Part shown: one piece after another, positions 58,791-64,000 of the stretch
Layout: every line of letters begins with the position of its first letter
How positions within the stretch are numbered: position 1 is the first letter of the stretch
Assembly: GCA_977018835.1 (NCBI GenBank)
Contig: OZ361256.1
Span: 2,728,001 to 2,792,000 of the forward strand
Source: Minutocellus sp. GHC0000111
Taxonomy: Eukaryota
Direction of reading: 5' to 3'
DNA length: 64,000 nt
Made by a program: the position numbers and the translations under genes
The notes under the pieces: generated by a model
The model's input: the letters and a program-made list of their open reading frames with translations, nothing else
Databases searched by the model: none
Told to the model about the DNA's origin: nothing

Positions 58791-59124
58791 GCAAAACTCG
58801 CCAATATGTGAATTACAAATCATAAATCCGCCACAGAAGAACCTGCCAATTTAAAAAAGAAACGTAATTCATACATCCGCCAACAATTCGCAAATTCACA
58901 CCATTGCCCTCACCTACGCGATAACTCATGCAAGTAGAGGCAAGGGCCAGAGATGGTACGAAATTAAGAGACCGGATCCTTACATGTACACCGAAATTGA
59001 GAGACCGGATTCCTGATTCGGCGAAGTTCGGCGACGTTGACGGGAGGGTGAGGCCGGCAAGGCTATCTCTTCAAAGATATCAATTAATTTGCTCTAAAAC
59101 AACAATTACAGCTCTATCTAAGAT

Positions 59125-61656
59125 CTATATTTCATGACTCGCCAACAACACTCCAATTGAAGCAGCCATGGCCGAGAAAATCGAGGCCAGCTGGTACGTA
59201 TTTCCCGCTGCACTGGTGGTGTCGGCACCATCTCCCATTATGCCGGCGCTGCCATTGTCAAAAGCATCTGTATCCTCAGCCCCGCCCTCATACAGAGGAC
59301 ATAGACTTGCCTTGGCAGGGAATCCGTCCGCAGTAACGCAGAAGGATGTGCCAGATTCGTCTCCGGGATACGGATCCCCACTTGGAATGCCAAAGCACTC
59401 GAATGCTAGCTGCCCGACAAAGCACATCTGGCTTTCGGGGTCGCAAAATGGTCGGGCAAGGAAATTCTCTCCCCCGCAGCCATCATAGAAGCAATTGTTT
59501 GGACATGGGAAGTCAGGTGGACTCTCAGTCGTCCAGTCAACACACGCCTCTCCTGGGTTGTACTCGCCAATGCTTCGAGGAAAAGCATCCTCATCGATGG
59601 CTTTCAGCTGCTCCTTCACAGAGGTGATTCGAGCCCGAAGTGCAGAAAGGAATGGCACATAAGGTAACTCGCCAAACGGCCCACCATCAATCATTTGGAA
59701 CCACTCTTCTCCATCGGCCAATTCATAGCCGTCGTATAGTGGGGCGTAGTCGCTCCAGGGATCCACGGGAACAAGATCTTTGATGGCCTCCATGTGATTC
59801 TCGATAACCTCAATGAAGTCATCTGTAAGGACATTGTCAACGAAATCACGGACGTGCTCCACATATTCCGCGCGGCGGGCATCGTTCGATAGCATCGGCC
59901 CTGCCCACTGATTGTCCTTGATGCTTCGGCAGGTCGGTCTCAGCATCGACCAGTTGATCATGCTGAGCATGCAAGCCCCGTCGCAAAGAACGGCCGAGGT
60001 CTGAGACATGACGTTGTTGTGATCGTACTGCGCCATGCTCCACCTACCGCTGCCGGAATAGGCCATGTAGTAGTTGTTGCCGTTTCCGAGCGGCGAGTCG
60101 CCGTGCAGGATGACGGCTTGAGTGGCCAAGTTTCGCAATATTTGCGTCACGTCAACAAAGTCGGGTAGGACGGAGTTGGAGCATTGGGCATCGTCGCACG
60201 AGTTGGCGGCAAGGTGAGCATCGATGAAGGCGGCGGCCTTCTCGTCGAGTTCCTTGGGTCCCAGATCACGGTCGACAAGACCCATGTCGACGAGGAATTC
60301 ACCACAATCGCCCTCGCCGGATCGCACATACGCAAGGTGAATGTCTTGCTGTTCCAAAACCGCGATGTTGTTGATGAAGGGCCCGAAGCACTGCAGCTCA
60401 TCGTTGAGAGGGGGGATGAGGGGACGGTGCTCCCCACGCTCGAATACGTACGGACCGTCAGTTTCGTTTACCCTCGCTCGAGCCTTGGCGAGAGATTCTT
60501 CACCGTACCGTCCACAATCGATGGACTGGGTCTTGACCTTGTAGATGCCATAATTCTCAGGATCGTAGTCGGGAAAGCTTCGTTTGAAGACATATTCCTG
60601 ATCCACCGCCTCCATGAGATTGTACAGGCCCATGTACTGATCATTAAAAAAGAACCGAACCTTACGCGTCCTCAGGTGGGGCAGACCGAAGCGCGCCAGC
60701 ATCCGATGGCTGGCCCACTCCCGACTGAAACTGGGATCGCTGTAGGCCGTGCGCAGGTAGGTCTTTTCCATCCCAAAGAATCGCTGGTTCGGGTCGGTGT
60801 AGTCCCAATCGAGCTGGTACGGGGTGGTGCGATTCATGCAAACGCCGAGGTACATGGTGCTCTGTCCCTTGGGCCTGATCCTGCCGGAACTGGTCATGTT
60901 GGCCAACACGTTCGACTTGTCGTCCATGGCCGTGAGGACGGCACCCTCGAACGGGGAGTAGGTCTCGTAGGCACGTTCCGGTCCGGTCAGCTTGGCCAAG
61001 CTCACGTCGTCGACGGTCACGTGCAGGTCCAGCACGTCGGGCATACCGCCGTCCACGGGCATACCGTACAGATCCATGTTGAAGAACTGCGTCCCGACCT
61101 CGTTCTGCGCCACGAGTTGGCTTTGGACCTCCTCTGGTGTCAGCGGTGCAGTGACGACGTTGGCTTCTCCTGGGGTGGGCGTACGGGTGTAGAGGTACGA
61201 TCCGGTGGATTCCTCCCACGCCAGGGTGATGCCGCTGGCCCCGCCGTCGGTGAGGCTGCCGCCGGTCGACGATTCGACGATGCCCTCCGGGTCGCGCAGG
61301 GTCACCTGATCCCTCCCGCCGATTCCAAACGGCAGGTTGCAAACCAGGAGGTAGTCTCCTGGGGATATTGTTTCGGCACCTCCGTTTCCACCAAAGAAAA
61401 AGGACTCGATCCCCGACGGACCACGGTCGTCGTGCAAAGTGTATCCGTCGAGGCTGACGACGTCGGCGCCGGAGTTGTGCAGTTCGATCCAGTCGTTGCC
61501 GTCGCAGGCGTATCGGCTTCCCTTGTCGGCCACCTCGCTAATGATGACGGCCGACTCGACCAGAGAGCTGCCAATGCTGCTGCTGACAAGGAGGAGGACA
61601 GCCAGGGATGCCGCCGCCGACCGCGAGAGGTGCAGCGACGACGACGAGCCTCGCAT
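59125..61656 (-). CDS. Secreted CotH-family kinase with N-terminal lamin-tail domain and GPI-like tail
   Basis: Signal peptide; IISEV..DWIELHNSG (lamin-tail domain); RPKGQST, YLRTAYSDP, YMGLYNLMEAVD, DSPLGNGNNYY, YDHN. Confidence 0.85.
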   Translation of the reverse strand: MRGSSSSLHLSRSAAASLAVLLLVSSSIGSSLVESAVIISEVADKGSRYACDGNDWIELHNSGADVVSLDGYTLHDDRGPSGIESFFFGGNGGAETISPGDYLLVCNLPFGIGGRDQVTLRDPEGIVESSTGGSLTDGGASGITLAWEESTGSYLYTRTPTPGEANVVTAPLTPEEVQSQLVAQNEVGTQFFNMDLYGMPVDGGMPDVLDLHVTVDDVSLAKLTGPERAYETYSPFEGAVLTAMDDKSNVLANMTSSGRIRPKGQSTMYLGVCMNRTTPYQLDWDYTDPNQRFFGMEKTYLRTAYSDPSFSREWASHRMLARFGLPHLRTRKVRFFFNDQYMGLYNLMEAVDQEYVFKRSFPDYDPENYGIYKVKTQSIDCGRYGEESLAKARARVNETDGPYVFERGEHRPLIPPLNDELQCFGPFINNIAVLEQQDIHLAYVRSGEGDCGEFLVDMGLVDRDLGPKELDEKAAAFIDAHLAANSCDDAQCSNSVLPDFVDVTQILRNLATQAVILHGDSPLGNGNNYYMAYSGSGRWSMAQYDHNNVMSQTSAVLCDGACMLSMINWSMLRPTCRSIKDNQWAGPMLSNDARRAEYVEHVRDFVDNVLTDDFIEVIENHMEAIKDLVPVDPWSDYAPLYDGYELADGEEWFQMIDGGPFGELPYVPFLSALRARITSVKEQLKAIDEDAFPRSIGEYNPGEACVDWTTESPPDFPCPNNCFYDGCGGENFLARPFCDPESQMCFVGQLAFECFGIPSGDPYPGDESGTSFCVTADGFPAKASLCPLYEGGAEDTDAFDNGSAGIMGDGADTTSAAGNTYQLASIFSAMAASIGVLLASHEI

Positions 61657-62294
61657 GTAGGCTTTGTGTTGGTTTGGCCGTGGATGAGGACGTGGAAATA
61701 TCGGTCGAGCTGGTGAAGATGCAAAGATACGCACGGAGAAATGATGAGGAGCGCAATTGGTGCTTGCTAGCTAGCAGCAGCAGGCAGCAACCAATCAGTC
61801 AATCGTTTCAAACAACAGTCAGCATTGGCCGGTATCCAAGACGTGCTGGCTTCCAGACCTAGAGACCGTTCGCTCGCGGCACTCACTCGGCGTCTGACGC
61901 AGAGACATTTGAAAGACAAAATTAGTTCTTCTTCTTACAAAAAACTAGGATTGTTACAATCACTCTTTCCGGAGGTGTCAAACAGTAATAAAATAATTAC
62001 AACACAGTGTAAAAGGGTGTTTTTACAAAAACAGTTTAACAATACATCAGGAAAATCTGAAGAAAGTTGAACCACCAGTATCAGTATCTCGCGCTTCGAA
62101 CAATTGCGTTCGCTCACCGTTTCGCTCTCCTTCATGATTCCACAGCCACCGGGGCCGCTCAGTCCTGCGTGTACTTTGCTTTCTTTGCATTGTATGCATT
62201 TCATTTTATGGCATAATAGGTGCATCTGATTCATCTCTGTTCACCTGGCTGGCCATAATCCAAAACTGGCACAAGACACACATTGGGTCCCTAC

Positions 62295-64000
62295 ATGACG
62301 GAACCACAAAGTAGCAGCACGGGGACGACGACGTGTAATCCATCGGAAGAAGGGCCGGCACCCCATGCAGCACCAGCACCGTCGTCGTCATCGACGTCCG
62401 GCACCAGCACCACCAGCAGCAGCACTACCAGTATCTCCCTGTCGTATCTCGAAGCCGAACTGCACGAGGCCCATCGCCAGCTGAAGTCGGGACGCGTTTC
62501 CATCCGAGAAGCCAGCGGTGCGGCTAGTCGACGCATCTCGAGCATTTGTATTGGCATTGCTGGCGGGAGTCGTCGAAACAGCGGAGCAACCGCAGCCCCT
62601 CCACCGAGCACCGCCTCCTTTGTCGATTCGTTGGAAGCCGAGCTTGGCAGGGCGGCATCGACCGTCCAGGCAAATCTGGTCAGCCTCGAGAGCGACGCCA
62701 GAGCCCTGCTCTTGGATGCCGACGCATTGGCTCGAACTACTACGACCACTGGTGGTGCTACCGCCGATGTGAAAAGTCTGCAACGACGTGCCAGTGAGAT
62801 ATCACAGCGAGCATTGCAGCTGCAGCGTCAATCTCGAAAGGATGCCACCGAGCTACGTCGTGTGGCTGGACTGGCCGATGCCAAGCTGGGAACCTCGTGC
62901 GGCGACATGGTGGAGAGACGGCTCCAATCCCATCCGTATCCGGTGGTGTTCGATCTGAGCAATCGTGGGGAGGGCATGCTGGTGGTCCTTTTGAACGATG
63001 CGTATTCCATCCTTCGGGATTTGGGTGGTGTTAACAATGAGGATAGTGAGACTCAAACACATGATGTGCAATCGGCATCGGTTGGAGGTGGTGAGAAAGG
63101 CGAGGACGGCAAATGGGTCCCACCATCGTCCTTTGAGCGTGTGACCACCAAATACTGGGTGAAAGAACAGGACCTATCGCAGGTCGTCCTCACATCGATA
63201 ACGGAGTTACCCCTTTTGGTTTACGGTCGCAAAGGTGGGCAGATTCTCGACAGGAAAGATATTAGTCGGTCATATGCTACAGCAACACAGTCAGGCAACA
63301 ACAATGCACTTTGGTCCTCCGTGACGTCTTCCATATCGTCGGTATATTTGGACTCGCCCGATTTGCACCTGTACAACGAACGGCTCAAGAGGAGCGAGGG
63401 GGCAAAGCTGTTACGGATTCGATGGTATGGCAATGCCAAGCCCAGCAGTGACGGCATTGTGTACCTCGAGCTCAAGACACATCACGAGAAATGGCTGCAG
63501 GATAGGAGCGTCAAGGAACGCTGTCCTATTCGAGAGAACGATGTCCCGCAGCTTTTGAATACATCGACTGGAAGGTGAGTGTATTGCATTCGAACATTCA
63601 TTTACGATTGCACATGCTATTCTTTTTGGCTCTATTTCGACCTCTCACCATGTATCTCGGTTCTCTTCTTGCCCCCTCATCGAAAATGCAGATGGGACAT
63701 GCAAAAGGCTTCAGCACTGGTCCGTCTTGCCAATCGCACTGACGATGAAGAACTGATCAATGACCTCAGCGAGTTGCTCCTTCGGATGCGTGGCTTGATA
63801 TGCAAGCTGCAGCTGAGTCCCAGTGTTCGAACATGCTACTCACGCATTGCCTTGCAGTCGACCAGCACCAACAAGGTTCGCTTTACCATCGACCGAGACA
63901 TACAGGTGATTAATGAACGCTCATCAGCATCCAAGAGCTGGTGCCTCAACGATGAAGACACCATCAATAGTGCTTGCGTGATTCAACTTCCGTATTGTGT
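62295..64000 (+). CDS. VTC-domain (vacuolar polyphosphate polymerase complex) protein, partial; intron 63575-63691
   Basis: FERVTTKYWV, ISSVYLDS, LYNERLKRSEGAKLLRIRWYG, YLELKTH; after the intron, PSVRTCYSRIALQS..KVRFTIDRD. Confidence 0.9.

Noticed and set aside
60184..61716. 510-aa antisense ORF over CotH (and similar ORFs over MATE, CENP-L-like and 1705-4512)
   Set aside because: Shadow ORFs expected from high GC3 on the coding strand; no motifs.
59125..64000. CotH + VTC as a phosphate gene cluster
   Set aside because: Adjacency alone in a gene-dense eukaryote is not evidence; no shared regulatory motif was seen.

Overview
Gene-dense eukaryotic nuclear DNA, very likely a diatom (inferred from bipartite signal + 'AF/SF' plastid-targeting motifs, short 100-170 nt GT-AG introns and tiny intergenic spacers). 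About 28 protein genes are supported, including INTS1 (3 exons), a CENP-L/Fta1-like kinetochore protein, a metallophosphoesterase, an NHL-LCCL-EGF membrane protein, a PGAP4-like glycosyltransferase, a spastin-like AAA ATPase with an altered Walker A, a MATE transporter, a CCA-adding enzyme, an HDAC, a CotH kinase and a partial VTC polyphosphate polymerase. The most interesting signals are about genome dynamics. (1) 'TA + short palindrome + TA' footprints pile up in intergenic DNA, and one of them frameshifts a RING E3 gene. (2) A Helitron-like relic is depleted of TpA (survivors almost only CTA/TAG) and of CpG, suggesting a repeat-directed mutation process. (3) Two 5'-truncated genes meet head-to-head at a (CCCTAA)2.5 telomere-like filler, inside a 1007-bp tandem duplication. 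(4) An intron-containing gene fragment is captured between duplicated promoter elements. (5) There is a 30/32-bp higher-order hairpin array. Several other frameshifts sit in homopolymers and are probably assembly errors. All family calls are from remembered motifs; no database searches were run.
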